Positions 33,901 to 46,160 of a DNA stretch of 64,000 nucleotides are shown one piece after another; positions within the stretch are counted from its first letter, which is position 1; each line of letters begins with the position of its first letter. The notes beneath the pieces are model-generated. The model searched no databases and had not been told where the DNA came from. It saw nothing but the letters and a program-made list of their open reading frames with translations. The stretch is from Candidatus Eiseniibacteriota bacterium (GTDB taxonomy: Bacteria > Eisenbacteria > RBG-16-71-46). The position numbers and the translations under genes are program-made. The DNA is taken from positions 448,001 to 512,000 of the forward strand of contig OY970342.1 in the NCBI GenBank assembly GCA_963717505.1, in the 5' to 3' direction.

Positions 33901-34449
33901 GAATCCGCCGTCGGCAACTTCGTCTCCGACGCGATTCGCGCGGCGACCGGAGTCGACGTCGCGCTCCAGAACGGCGGCGGCCTGCGCGCCGACCTGGTCG
34001 AGGGCACGATCACGCGCGGCTCGATCTTCGAGATCATGCCGTTCGACAACCGCGTGTACACCATGAAGCTCACCGGCAACGAGCTGAAGGTCGCGCTCGA
34101 GCAGGGGCTGGCGCGCGAGCGGATCACCCAGGTAAGCGGGATTCGCTACACCTTCGATCTCGGCCGGCCCGGGGGCAATCGCGTGATGACGCTGACGTAC
34201 CCCGACGGCCGCCCGCTCGATCCCAAACGCCGCTATCGAATCGCGTGCAACGATTTCATGGCCACCGGCGGCGACGACTACTCGGCGCTGGCCGCGGGGG
34301 CCGAGCGCAAGGAGACCGACCTGCTGGTGCGCGAGACGCTCGAGCGCTACGTCGAACGCATGACCCGCGCCGGCAAGGAGCTCGACGTCAAGACCGATGG
34401 TCGCATTCAGCGGACGGGATCGACCGCGCCGCAACGGGCGGATCGCTAG
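30934..34449 (+). CDS. Secreted tandem metallophosphoesterase/5'-nucleotidase (CpdB/UshA-like double module)
   Basis: Two copies each of TDxHG, D(A/G)GD, GNHEFD and GH(T/S)H, plus two nucleotidase C-domains (YPYDN, MPFDN). Confidence 0.92.
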   Translation: MTTSRTALLACALALFLAAAARADDTTRVVLLHTTDLHGSLMAWDYAQDRAAERGLAKLSSVIKAIRAEQHPTILVDAGDALEGGIETLRRPGSDLGPDPMIVAMSAIGYDAMIPGNHEFDQGVQMLEESRKESAFPWISANVSNAKDGRLSFLPSKVIEAGPVRIGIVGVTTPATPRFLPASAVDRYHFDDPVEAALAEVERLHKSENCDAVVLVAHMGLARDPATGGPRGGDAPGENQGEALAAIPYVDVLVLGHTHATIDSMSIGGVLVAQAGARGERLGRIDLTFIRSDTSGSFRLRSKQSRTIPVTAWNAEDPVITWEARGPHEGTRKALAQTAGRTSRPLTSPRGRYAPGPVWDLIQRAQRWATGAEVSLAALPEPAVTVAPGNVTWRDLTRLYPYDNALEVLELSGEQLREALEWSARYFETYHFAPGAPIAVAGMPGFAFDAASGVEYTVDLTKPPGARIVGLSFAGAPLAPDRKLRVAVNAYRANGGNGYDMLRGAKRLPHAPSKDARKALKQAGFGNAPHVRDAIAACLASGAWDGSSQSSWRLLPDYLDLPERSLLDRLVRFRALPADSLASAEFHQPASAAELSRWLGRAFGNPGSGASDPLTLDGAARAIESAAASALSLGDEAARASFRSGLVTGTSLAGAERSEAPLTRAQALALIANARFPWIRVLETTDFHGAILGGSTDRDSDKPIGGSVAVAAWIQRLRAENPEGTLLIDGGDLFQGTMISNFQFGAPVVEQMNALGYAATVIGNHEFDWSADTLARRVSEMNFVALGANIREKRTGRIPAWARADTVVVRRGVRFGILGLCYRYTPSVTLSKFVSHLEFLDDSLVAVERVPELRSRSDLVVGIGHLPCTSNRERQARGGDLVRLARAVPGVAAWFGGHSHNAVVDQPGGLPVAIASSHGRHIAVCDLLVDAVRDSVLERAIRLQDVWADSLPADPAWTERVERWNRDVAPIASQPLGRNARAMLRNRNGESAVGNFVSDAIRAATGVDVALQNGGGLRADLVEGTITRGSIFEIMPFDNRVYTMKLTGNELKVALEQGLARERITQVSGIRYTFDLGRPGGNRVMTLTYPDGRPLDPKRRYRIACNDFMATGGDDYSALAAGAERKETDLLVRETLERYVERMTRAGKELDVKTDGRIQRTGSTAPQRADR

Positions 34450-34496
34450 GCAAGAATCACGGTCGCCGCGGGCGGCGACTCCGGCGGTGGGCGGCG

Positions 34497-35720
34497 CTAG
34501 GGCGAGGCGCTGGACGAGGGATCGACCAGCGGAATTCCGGCCTTGCGGAAGTAGCTGCGCACGCCTTCGGCGAGCTGGCGGCCGAGCTGCTTCTGGAACT
34601 TGGGATCGGCGAGCAGCTTGGCCTCGACCGGGTTGTTGATGAACGCGGTCTCGACCAGCACCGACGGGAAGTCCACCGACTTGAGCACCGCGAACCCGGC
34701 CTGCTTGACGCCGCGCTGTTCGAGACGCCGCTCCTCGGCCAGGTGCTCGAGCAGAGTCTCGGCCAGCAGCTGGCTCTGGGTCAGCGCCGAGGAACGCTTG
34801 ACGTCGTAGAGGATGTTGACCAGTTCGTCCATCGGCCTCGGTCGGAACGCCGCCGACCAGGTCGGCCGCGTTTTCGAGGTCGGCCAGGTCCTGCGTCGGC
34901 CTGGTCGCTGGCGCCGCGCAGCGACAGGAAGTAGACCTCGGTGCCGCTGCCGCGCCCGCGGCGGCGCGACGAATTGGCGTGAATGCTGACGAACACGTCG
35001 GCGTTCATGCGCTCGGCGAAACGGTAGCGCTCGTGCAGCGGGATGAAGTAGTCGCCGTCGCGCGTGAGTGGGCGTGGATCCCGGGGATCGTGTTCAGCTC
35101 GTCGACCAGCGCCTTCGCCACCGCGAGCGTGACGCTCTTCTCGAGCACGCCGCTGGGCCCGCGCGCGCCGGGGTCCTCGCCACCGTGCCCGGCGTCAACC
35201 GCGATCACGCGCACCCGGTCGCGCCGCTTGGCCGTCGCGATGCTGGCCAGGCGCTGCTCCTCGGCGGCAGCCGCCACCCGGCCGCGACACGTCGACGACG
35301 ATGCGGTAGGGCTGTTCGCCCATCTCGTCGAGCGGGATCGGCAGCACGGTGAAGCGCACGCTGTCGCGAAACGCCATGCGAATCCGGGTGCCACCGGCGG
35401 CGCCCTGGAAGATCTCGACCGAGTCCACGACCCCGTCCGCGACGCGGGTCACACGCAGCAAGCCCTTGCCGCGCACCACTGAATCCGCGGGGAAGGTCAG
35501 CACCAGCTCGCGGCTGCGACCCGAATCGGGGGCGACCGGCACGACCACGTCCGAGAAGTCGAGGACGATGCGCGTGCTGGCGGCGCCGACCACGAGCGGA
35601 TGTCCTGCAGCGCCACGGCTTCCGCGGCCGAGGCCGCGAACGCGGCGCCGGCGCCCACAGTGTGAGCGCCAGCGCCAACCCAAAGAGTGCCGTGACCGCG
35701 TTGCGTCGATGCGCTCCGCC
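34497..35720 (-). CDS. N-acetylmuramoyl-L-alanine amidase with AMIN-like domain, frameshifted
   Basis: TRIVLD, YRIVVD, AVDAGHGGEDPGA, FVSIHANS and PSVLVETAFINN in several frames; start approximate. Confidence 0.88.
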
Positions 35721-35722
35721 GG

Positions 35723-37217
35723 CTACTCGGCCAATTCGAGCGCGACGAATCGCGATTGTCCGTTGCCGTTGTTGACCAGCAGGACGGCATGTTTGCGGTC
35801 GGTCTTCGCATCGGCCCAGCATCTTTGCGAATTCCGTCGCCGATGTCACTGGTTTTCCGCCGACTTCCTCGATGATGTCACCCGCTTCGATGCCGGCGTC
35901 CTCGGCCGGGCTGCCCGGAGCGATGCCGGTGACCACGACCCCGCCGTCGACCTTCGCGGCATCACGCTCCTCGGACGACAGCGGACGCACTTCGAGCCCG
36001 GCCACGTTCTCTTCCCGGGGCGTCGGGCTGCCCGGAGCCTGATCGTTGCTCGCCAGTACCGTCTCGCGGTCGGCCAGCGTGACCTCGAAATTCATCTTCT
36101 TGCCGTCGCGCAGCACCGTAATCGGCACCTTGCGGCCGACCGGCGTGTCGGCGACCCGGAGGCGGAACTTCTGCAGCTCGGTCACCGGCTGGCCGTCGAA
36201 CTCGATCACCACGTCGTTGCGCTTGAGGCCGGCGCGGGCCGCCGGCGAATCGTCCTGGACATTCTGGATGATGACCCCGTTCTGCCCCTTGATGCCGAAG
36301 CCCTCGGCAATCTCCGGGGTCAGGTCCGCGAGGAACACGCCGAGCATGGCGCGCTTGACCGAGCCGTGGGCGACGAGCTGGTCGGCCACGTGCCGGGCGA
36401 GGTTGATCGGAATGGCGAAACCGATGCCCTGTCCACTGGGATTGATCGCGGTGTTGATGCCGATCGCCTCGCCGTGAATGTTGCAGAGCGGGCCGCCGGA
36501 GTTGCCGAAGTTGATCGAGGCGTCGGTCTGAATGAAGTCCTGGAAGACCGGAGAACCCCCGAAGATGTTGAGATCGGAGCGCCCCTGGGCGCTGATGATG
36601 CCTACGGTCACCGAGCCGCGCAGCATGCCGAGCGGGTTGCCGATCGCGATCGCCCAGTCGCCGACGCGGATCTTGTCCGAGTCGCCGAGCGACAGCGTCG
36701 GCAGGTTGGTGCCGTCGATCTTGATCACGGCGACGTCGGTCTCGGGATCGGCGCCCGATCACGCGCGCCTTGAAGTTGCGGCGATCGTTGAGCGTCACCG
36801 TGATGTCGTCGGCGTCACGCACCACGTGGTTGTTGGTCAGGATGTGCCCGTTGCTGTCGATGATGAAACCCGAGCCCGAGCTGGGCTGGGTCTGCTGGCG
36901 GCGCGGTGCTTCCTGGCCGAAGAACCGCCGGAACAGCTCGTCCTGCGGTCCTCGCTCGAACCCGACTTCTTGCGAACGTCGATGAAGACGACCGCGGGCA
37001 ACGTCTGCTCGACCACCTTGACGAACGGGCTCTCAGCCCCGGCGATCGCAGGCGCCGAAGTCGACGGCGCGTTGGTCGCCTTCTGAGCGGTCGAAGTCTT
37101 CTGCAGATCGAGTGCCGCGCTCAGACCGAGCCCGATCACCAGCCCGACGGCGACCAGCAGGCCGGCGCCCATGAAATACCCGCGAGGACGACTCGACTGA
37201 AACGGGTGATGACTCAT
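35723..37217 (-). CDS. degP: DegP/Do-family serine protease with 2 PDZ domains, frameshifted
   Basis: SSGSGFII, LTNNHVV, IAIGNPLG, IQTDASINFGNSGGPL, two PDZ domains (SPAARAGLK, SPAEDAGI). Confidence 0.9.
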
Positions 37218-37482
37218 CGTGCGATCTCCTTGTCGACGGCGCGTCGCCGAAGTGCGCACACGCCGCATGTGCCGAGACGAATCTGCGTTGATGCCTCAAG
37301 AGGTTATCGACCCAAAACTTGCTCCTGTCAGCCCCGGGTCAATTTCCCCCGGGATGCCCCCCGAATCGATACCAACGTACCGATGCAACCGCCGGGCGCG
37401 CCGGTTCGACCGGGTTCGGACCCGAGCCCCGCTCGCCCCTGGCCAAGTGGTGTTTCGAAAAGCCTTTGCTAGACTGCGCCGC

Positions 37483-38229
37483 ATGTCTCCGGGGGCCGCG
37501 TTCTTCATTTCCGACGCTCACCTGGGCGCGGAACCGAGGAGCGAAGAGGCCTCGCGCGAGGCGATGCTGCACGACTTCCTCGCCCACCTCCCCGGCCGCG
37601 CCTCCGCCCTCTACATCATCGGCGACCTCTTCGACTTTTGGTTCGAATATCGGACCTGCATCCCGGCCCGCCACTTCCACACCCTGAGCGCCCTGGCCAA
37701 CGTGCGCCGAGCCGGAATCCCGATCACCTACCTCGGCGGCAACCACGACTTCTGGGTCGGGCGCTTCATGCGCGAGGAACTCGGGATCGAGGTCCATGAG
37801 AACCCTCTGACACTCGACCTGCAGGGGCGAAAGCTGTGGATCCATCATGGGGATGGACTGATTGGCGGCGATCTCGGTTACAGGATCCTGAAAAGAGTGT
37901 TGCGGAACCCCCTGTGCATCGCCCTCTATGGGTTGGTGCACCCGGATCTGGGCATTCCGTTCGCGGGCTGGGTGTCGCGCTGGTCGCGCGGCTCGCGCGA
38001 CGTCCGGCCGCTCGACGGCCCCCGGCTGGTGCGGGAGGTCGCGGCACCCCGGTTCGCCGCGGGCTTCGACGCGGTCATGATCGGGCACTTCCATCACGTC
38101 TACGATCATCGCGACGGCGGAAAGCGGTTCCTGGTTCTCGGCGACTGGATCCGACACATGAGCTACGCCGTGCTGGAAGGCGGCGAGCTGAGCCTCAGAC
38201 GCTGGCCGGACTCTAGAAAAGAGCCGTGA
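37483..38229 (+). CDS. lpxH: UDP-2,3-diacylglucosamine diphosphatase
   Basis: FISDAHLG, IGDLFDFW, GNHDFW, HGDG, GHFH, LGDW. Confidence 0.85.
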   Translation: MSPGAAFFISDAHLGAEPRSEEASREAMLHDFLAHLPGRASALYIIGDLFDFWFEYRTCIPARHFHTLSALANVRRAGIPITYLGGNHDFWVGRFMREELGIEVHENPLTLDLQGRKLWIHHGDGLIGGDLGYRILKRVLRNPLCIALYGLVHPDLGIPFAGWVSRWSRGSRDVRPLDGPRLVREVAAPRFAAGFDAVMIGHFHHVYDHRDGGKRFLVLGDWIRHMSYAVLEGGELSLRRWPDSRKEP

Positions 38230-39133
38230 ACCCGAAGCGATGGGTGTCGCCGAGGTCGAGGCGGAGTGGAACGTAGGCGTAGTCGAGCCGGAGACCGCTC
38301 ATCGCGTACCCGGCGCCCACGCTGTAGGTCGTCGCGTCGTCGTTGAACCGCCAGCCGCCGCGCAGCGAGGCGCCGGAGGCGTCCCGCAGCTCGAGGCCGG
38401 CCATGCTCTGACCCGCACGGCCGCGCGTGAAACGCCCTTCCAGAGCGCCCTGGAGTTCGAGTCGCTCGCCGGCACGCATCGTGTAGGTGCCGCCCCCCTG
38501 GAAGGCCATCGGCAGTCCGACCGGCTCGCCTTCGACGTCGTCGATCGTGTAGTGCGCCGAGGGGCCCAGATTCTGAACCGCACCGCCGAGCCTCAAGCCC
38601 TCGAGCCTGGCCGGCGACCACGTCGCGCCGGCGCCAAAGGCGTAGGTCGTGGCCGCGAGATTGGCGATGCGCTCGCGAATGACCTGGCCTGACAGGCCGG
38701 CGTCGAGCCCGGGCAGCAGCGCCCACCCATAGGCCACGCCCAGCTCGAGGTCGTGCGAGCCGAAGGTGCCGACGAGATTCCCCAGGTCGTCCCGCTCGTC
38801 GATCGGCTCGGTGTAAAACGCGCGAAACGACCCCGCGAGTCCGCCGCCGGCCACGCGGCCGCCGGCCGAGAAGGTGTCGTGGCGCAGCCCCGCAATCAGC
38901 TCGGTGTGCGTGCCTTCGACCTGAAACGTGCCGAGCGATGAAAGCCCCGCGGGATTCCAGAACTGGGCCTCGATGCCGCTGGCCATCGCCGTGAATGCGC
39001 CGCCCAGGGCGGCCGCGCGGGCGCCACTCGGGATCTCGAGGAACGCAAAACCGGGCGGCGCGGCGAAGGCCACGGCTGGAGTGGTGAACGCGGCCAGCGC
39101 GAGCGCAAGAAAGCGCCGGAAGTGCAGGGTCAT
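38213..39133 (-). CDS. PorV/PorQ-family outer-membrane barrel
   Basis: FLEIPSGARAAALGGA, WNPAGL, LDYAY...DLGDTHRF. Confidence 0.8.
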   Translation of the reverse strand: MTLHFRRFLALALAAFTTPAVAFAAPPGFAFLEIPSGARAAALGGAFTAMASGIEAQFWNPAGLSSLGTFQVEGTHTELIAGLRHDTFSAGGRVAGGGLAGSFRAFYTEPIDERDDLGNLVGTFGSHDLELGVAYGWALLPGLDAGLSGQVIRERIANLAATTYAFGAGATWSPARLEGLRLGGAVQNLGPSAHYTIDDVEGEPVGLPMAFQGGGTYTMRAGERLELQGALEGRFTRGRAGQSMAGLELRDASGASLRGGWRFNDDATTYSVGAGYAMSGLRLDYAYVPLRLDLGDTHRFGFTALF

Positions 39134-39221
39134 TCGAGCTCCAGATGTGGGGTCAACGAACAGCGGCCCGCCATTATGCCACGGCGGGCCGCTGCGCGCG
39201 TCGAGCGGGGTCGCGGTCGAA

Positions 39222-40718
39222 TCAGCGGCGAGTCCTGGCCCCACCACCCGAGGAACCTCCGCCGGCCGGTGCGGACATTCGGCCGTGAGACGCGCTGCCC
39301 GAAGGCGGCGAGAAATCCCGGGCCGCAGGCTGCGGCTGATATGCGGGCGGGGCCGAGCGTGCGCTGGGCTCCGGTCGGGATGAGCCGCGGGTCTCGCGCA
39401 TCGCGGGCGCTGGTGGCGCTTCGTACCGGCGGTCGGCGACTCGCTCGTAGCGGGGCGCCTCGTAGTCGGGCGCCTGGGTCGCCGGCACGCGAGGCGACGA
39501 GGGACGGCTCTCCCTTTGATACGAGCGCGACGGCCTCGGCGAATCCTCGCTCGGGGCGCGTGATGCAGGCACGCGATTCCGGCCTTCGCTGCGCACCCCA
39601 GAGGTATTGGGCCGGCCTACCGGATTCTGATTTCGGCCAGTGCGATCGACGACCTCGCGCTGTTCGATCGCTTCGCGATCGCCGACTTGCCGCCATGCCG
39701 CACCGACCGGAACCCGAACATTCCCTCCGCGCGCTCGCAGGTCGTGGGCACCGGCCATGAATCCCGGCGGCAAGGCACGGGTCGCGTCGCGGCGACGGAA
39801 CTCGCCGTCGTACTTGCTCGGCGGGATGTAGCCCGGAGGCGCCGAGGGCTTGAACCGGCGCATGCCCCCCCAGGCGCGTTGCCACGATGCCCAGCCGTAC
39901 CACGAGGTGACGTAGCGGGTCGGATACACCACGTAGCCCGGCGCGCAGCCCGGGACCCATGAGTAGACGTAGTAGGGCACGGTGCCGAACCAGTAGCTCG
40001 GGCCCCACGCCCAGCCGTAGTTCACCCGCACCGTGAACACGGAGCAGGTCGCGTAGTAGGGATCGAATCCGGACCACCACGACCAATACCCCGGACGGTG
40101 ACAGTCGTTGCACAGGTAGCGCGGATAACGAACCTCGTGGTGGACGTAGTAGCCCGAGTACGAGGTCGCGAACGACTCGGCGTCGTCGGGACTCGCCAGC
40201 ACGGTGCGGCGGATGCGCTCCATCGCCACGAACGGGTCACCGACGATCTTGCCGTCGGCGGTCACGCCCTCGGCGTCGCGCTCTTCGGCCGGAGCTTCTT
40301 CGTATCCCAGCTCCGCGGCATGCGGATCGTACGGTCGCAGATACCAGGGCAGGTCACGGAATGGATCGCGCGCGGCGATCGCAACCAGGTAGCCCTGGCC
40401 GACAGGGCCCTGGACGACCAACTGGAAATCCGGACGCTCCTCGCTCAGCCGATAGGTGCGACCGCCCTCGACCATGCCACCGCGCACGTCGAAGGGAAAG
40501 ATGAGATGGACCGCGCCCTCCGCGTCGATCTCGTAGACGATCAGGTAGGCATCGTCGGAAGAGTGCACGCGCAGGTCGATGGCCTCGCCGGGCTGGTAGA
40601 CCGAATCGTGGCCGCGCTCGGTGGTCAGGTCCACCGAGAATGCCGCGGCGATCGCAGGCAGTGCTGTGAGCGCAAACAGCGCGGCGGCCAGAACGGAAAC
40701 TCGGAAGCGTGGAGTCAT
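39222..40718 (-). CDS. DUF4384 secreted protein with Tyr/Trp-rich CxxCH region and disordered tail
   Basis: Signal peptide, VYQPGEAI...DAYLIVYEIDAEGAVHLIFP, LCNDCHRP, Arg/Pro/Ser-rich C-terminus. Confidence 0.8.
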   Translation of the reverse strand: MTPRFRVSVLAAALFALTALPAIAAAFSVDLTTERGHDSVYQPGEAIDLRVHSSDDAYLIVYEIDAEGAVHLIFPFDVRGGMVEGGRTYRLSEERPDFQLVVQGPVGQGYLVAIAARDPFRDLPWYLRPYDPHAAELGYEEAPAEERDAEGVTADGKIVGDPFVAMERIRRTVLASPDDAESFATSYSGYYVHHEVRYPRYLCNDCHRPGYWSWWSGFDPYYATCSVFTVRVNYGWAWGPSYWFGTVPYYVYSWVPGCAPGYVVYPTRYVTSWYGWASWQRAWGGMRRFKPSAPPGYIPPSKYDGEFRRRDATRALPPGFMAGAHDLRARGGNVRVPVGAAWRQVGDREAIEQREVVDRTGRNQNPVGRPNTSGVRSEGRNRVPASRAPSEDSPRPSRSYQRESRPSSPRVPATQAPDYEAPRYERVADRRYEAPPAPAMRETRGSSRPEPSARSAPPAYQPQPAARDFSPPSGSASHGRMSAPAGGGSSGGGARTRR

Positions 40719-40762
40719 GGCCAGCACCTCGTGGGCGGCTCGGGAACGCCTTCTATTATGCC

Positions 40763-41584
40763 TCATGGCAGCCCCGTTCGCCGCACTCTTTCGCCGTCCC
40801 TGAGGGCTCGGCGCGCGGCCAGTTCGGGGTTGCCCGGGTCCACCTGGTAGGCCCAGTCCATGACCAGTGAGCCCCCGGTCAGGCGGCTCACCCGCAACTT
40901 GGCAAAGTGATTGTCATGGGTCCAGACGAGGTAGCAGTGCCCGGGGATCAACTCTACGGTCCCGGTCGGCGACCAGCCGCCGTTCGGCGCGAAGTCGATC
41001 GCATCGAGCGTGTTCGCGTAGCCGGCATCCTGGATGTCGGTATCGGTGAACGGCGCGATCATCAGATCGGCGCCGTTCGACACCACGTAATAGACGTCGA
41101 CCGACGGATCGTCGAATGCCCGGCGACGATAGTCGGAGAAGTCCCAGCCGCTGGTCGCGGGCGCCGCCGCGGCGTCGGTCAGGACCTCGTCGAACCCCTC
41201 GGGCCGCGGCGTATCGAACACGTTTTCCTTGGACAGTTCGCTCTCGTTGCCCGCGTGGTCCACAGCCGTAACCGCGTAGTAGAGGGTGACCCCGTTCTGC
41301 AGGCTGCCGACGTTGAACTGGGTGAGCGTGGTCGAGCCCACCGGTTCGTAGAGGCATTGCGGACCGTCGGGACAGTTCGCGATGTAAATGCGATAGCCGG
41401 CGAGATCCGCTTCCGGATTGCCGAGCCAGCGGAGGTAGACCGTCTGGTCGCCGGTGACGCTGTAGACGCCACGCGGCGCCGATGGCGGATAGACGTCGCG
41501 CGGAGCCGTGGTGTCCTTGCAGCCCGAGACTGCGAGGGCGGCGAGCAACATTGCGACCGAAGAGAAGGAGGCGCGAAGGTCCAT
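40763..41584 (-). CDS. Lipoprotein with fibronectin type III domain
   Basis: Lipobox VSGC; PPSAPRG...LRW...DLAGYRIY...YYAVTAVDHAGNES. Confidence 0.85.
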   Translation of the reverse strand: MDLRASFSSVAMLLAALAVSGCKDTTAPRDVYPPSAPRGVYSVTGDQTVYLRWLGNPEADLAGYRIYIANCPDGPQCLYEPVGSTTLTQFNVGSLQNGVTLYYAVTAVDHAGNESELSKENVFDTPRPEGFDEVLTDAAAAPATSGWDFSDYRRRAFDDPSVDVYYVVSNGADLMIAPFTDTDIQDAGYANTLDAIDFAPNGGWSPTGTVELIPGHCYLVWTHDNHFAKLRVSRLTGGSLVMDWAYQVDPGNPELAARRALRDGERVRRTGLP

Positions 41585-41660
41585 GACATACCCCTGCTAT
41601 CGAGGGCGCGCCGCGGCCGCGATATTCGGCTCGGTGGCGCCACAATCCAAGATGATCAAG

Positions 41661-41676
41661 GGCAATGGCCGTGCCA
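41661..41676 (-). promoter_or_regulatory. sigma54 promoter of the lipoprotein-DUF4384 operon
   Basis: TGGCACGGCCATTGCC, a perfect consensus; IHF-like CAATGAGTTA at ~41704-41713. Confidence 0.8.
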
Positions 41677-41948
41677 CCGGCCGGCCATCGGCAGGCGTTG
41701 AGCTAACTCATTGCCCTGGAATGGATCAGAGCATCCAATCGGGCCTCGCCGGCGGGCGTGTCGAGGGTCGATTCAGGTGCGCTGGCGACGCAGGTGTGCG
41801 GCTGGCGCCACACCCTCGCTTCTTGGGGGGTGCACAGGCCCAAAACCCCTTCTCAGCCAAAAAAACGAGGACACCGGCCCCGAAGAGCTAGCCACATCAG
41901 CCGAGACATCCCCCAATGTTGGCCAATGTCGCTGGAGACCGGTGTCCT

Positions 41949-42256
41949 AACAAAGAACCCGGAGCACCGCGCCACTTCCCCGGCGGGTGTTGTGGAGCCC
42001 TCGTCGTCAGCGAACCCGCCGATCTCAAGTGCTCCGGGTGTGAGGCCTTGCTCAGGTGCTGCTCGGTATTCCTCAAGCTACTTTGGTGCTTCCTGCGTCA
42101 TCTCCGAGCCAGCCGGTAGTAGAAGGTCGGTACAATGTCCAGTAGACGGGGCTCGTAACCCTTGACCTGACCCACTACAAACCGGCTAGCCCAGATTTTC
42201 TGCAACGGCCCGAGATTGTCTTCGAACCGCTTTTTGGAGGTCCCCCCCCTCCGATC
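41949..42256 (-). ncRNA. Candidate structured sigma54-dependent ncRNA (~300 nt)
   Basis: Two long nested hairpins (42106-42192 and 41957-42039), U-rich tail, upstream sigma54 motif, no credible ORF. Confidence 0.55.
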
Positions 42257-42266
42257 AAGTAGATCA

Positions 42267-42283
42267 AGCAGCATCGATGCCAA
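42267..42283 (-). promoter_or_regulatory. sigma54 promoter
   Basis: TTGGCATCGATGCTGCT (GG-N10-GC); palindrome CGTTGC-GAT-GCAACG at 42316-42330 upstream. Confidence 0.6.
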
Positions 42284-42499
42284 GCACACAATCCTCGAAC
42301 AAGAAACCCGTAATGCGTTGCGATGCAACGAGCGGTGTCGCGTGCGGCGGCGCGGTCGTGCACACGAGGCAGGCTCGCGAAGCGGTCGATCGGAAAACAA
42401 TTTGATCCCGAAAAACGCTTCGAGCGCGCAAACGCTTGCGCCGCAGAGGAATCAGGCGTGCAAGACTTTTGATAGGAGGTGGGGCGGGATTTGAAGGGG

Positions 42500-45658
<3,159 letters not shown>

Positions 45659-45678
45659 TCAGTTTTTTCCGAGATCAG

Positions 45679-45984
45679 TTACCAGCCGACCCCGAAATAC
45701 CTTTGAGCCATGAACGTCACGAACCAACGGATGTCGCCATTACCGCGCATCGTGATTCCGACATCGCTGTCGGGATCGCTGTTCGGACCTGACGTTGGGT
45801 CCTTCTGACCGCCGCCAACATCGGGTTCCCCGGTGCTCGTCGAGGGGCCGATGTCATCGACTCCCCACGTCGCCGGTCGCTTGCCGTGAAACACGGAGCG
45901 AGCCGACGCGTCGTTCGCGACGAACGCCGTGGCGGTGATCAGCAGGGTCGTGATGATCAGGAGGCTGTTGCGAAACTTGAGCAT
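45679..45984 (-). CDS. Small secreted pro-peptide-like protein (101 aa)
   Basis: RBS AAGGGAG; signal peptide ending ASA; low-complexity acidic core with STGEPDVGGG; aromatic amphipathic C-terminus. Confidence 0.75.
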   Translation of the reverse strand: MLKFRNSLLIITTLLITATAFVANDASARSVFHGKRPATWGVDDIGPSTSTGEPDVGGGQKDPTSGPNSDPDSDVGITMRGNGDIRWFVTFMAQRYFGVGW

Positions 45985-46160
45985 TCGTTGCTGCTCCCTT
46001 AATCCCCTGGTCCATATCAAGACGCTTGACAGTAAGCCGGTTCGAGGAACGCCGGATCTATCAAGCTATCGACCGGATGGAGGGGACCTCTGGAGTACCG
46101 GTAGCAGCTCTTCTTACAACCAGACGCTCATTTTGCTTTTTCTTGCTCTGTTCGCCGGCT

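Noticed and set aside
41949-42256. 6S RNA, tmRNA, RNase P or SRP identity
   Set aside because: No tRNA-like ends, no GAGGAAAGUCC, no SRP loop motif, and two separate hairpin domains rather than one 6S rod; an Rfam search is still needed
41711-42494. Short ORFs listed in the intergenic region
   Set aside because: Atypical codon usage, no RBS or motifs; RNA structure explains the region better
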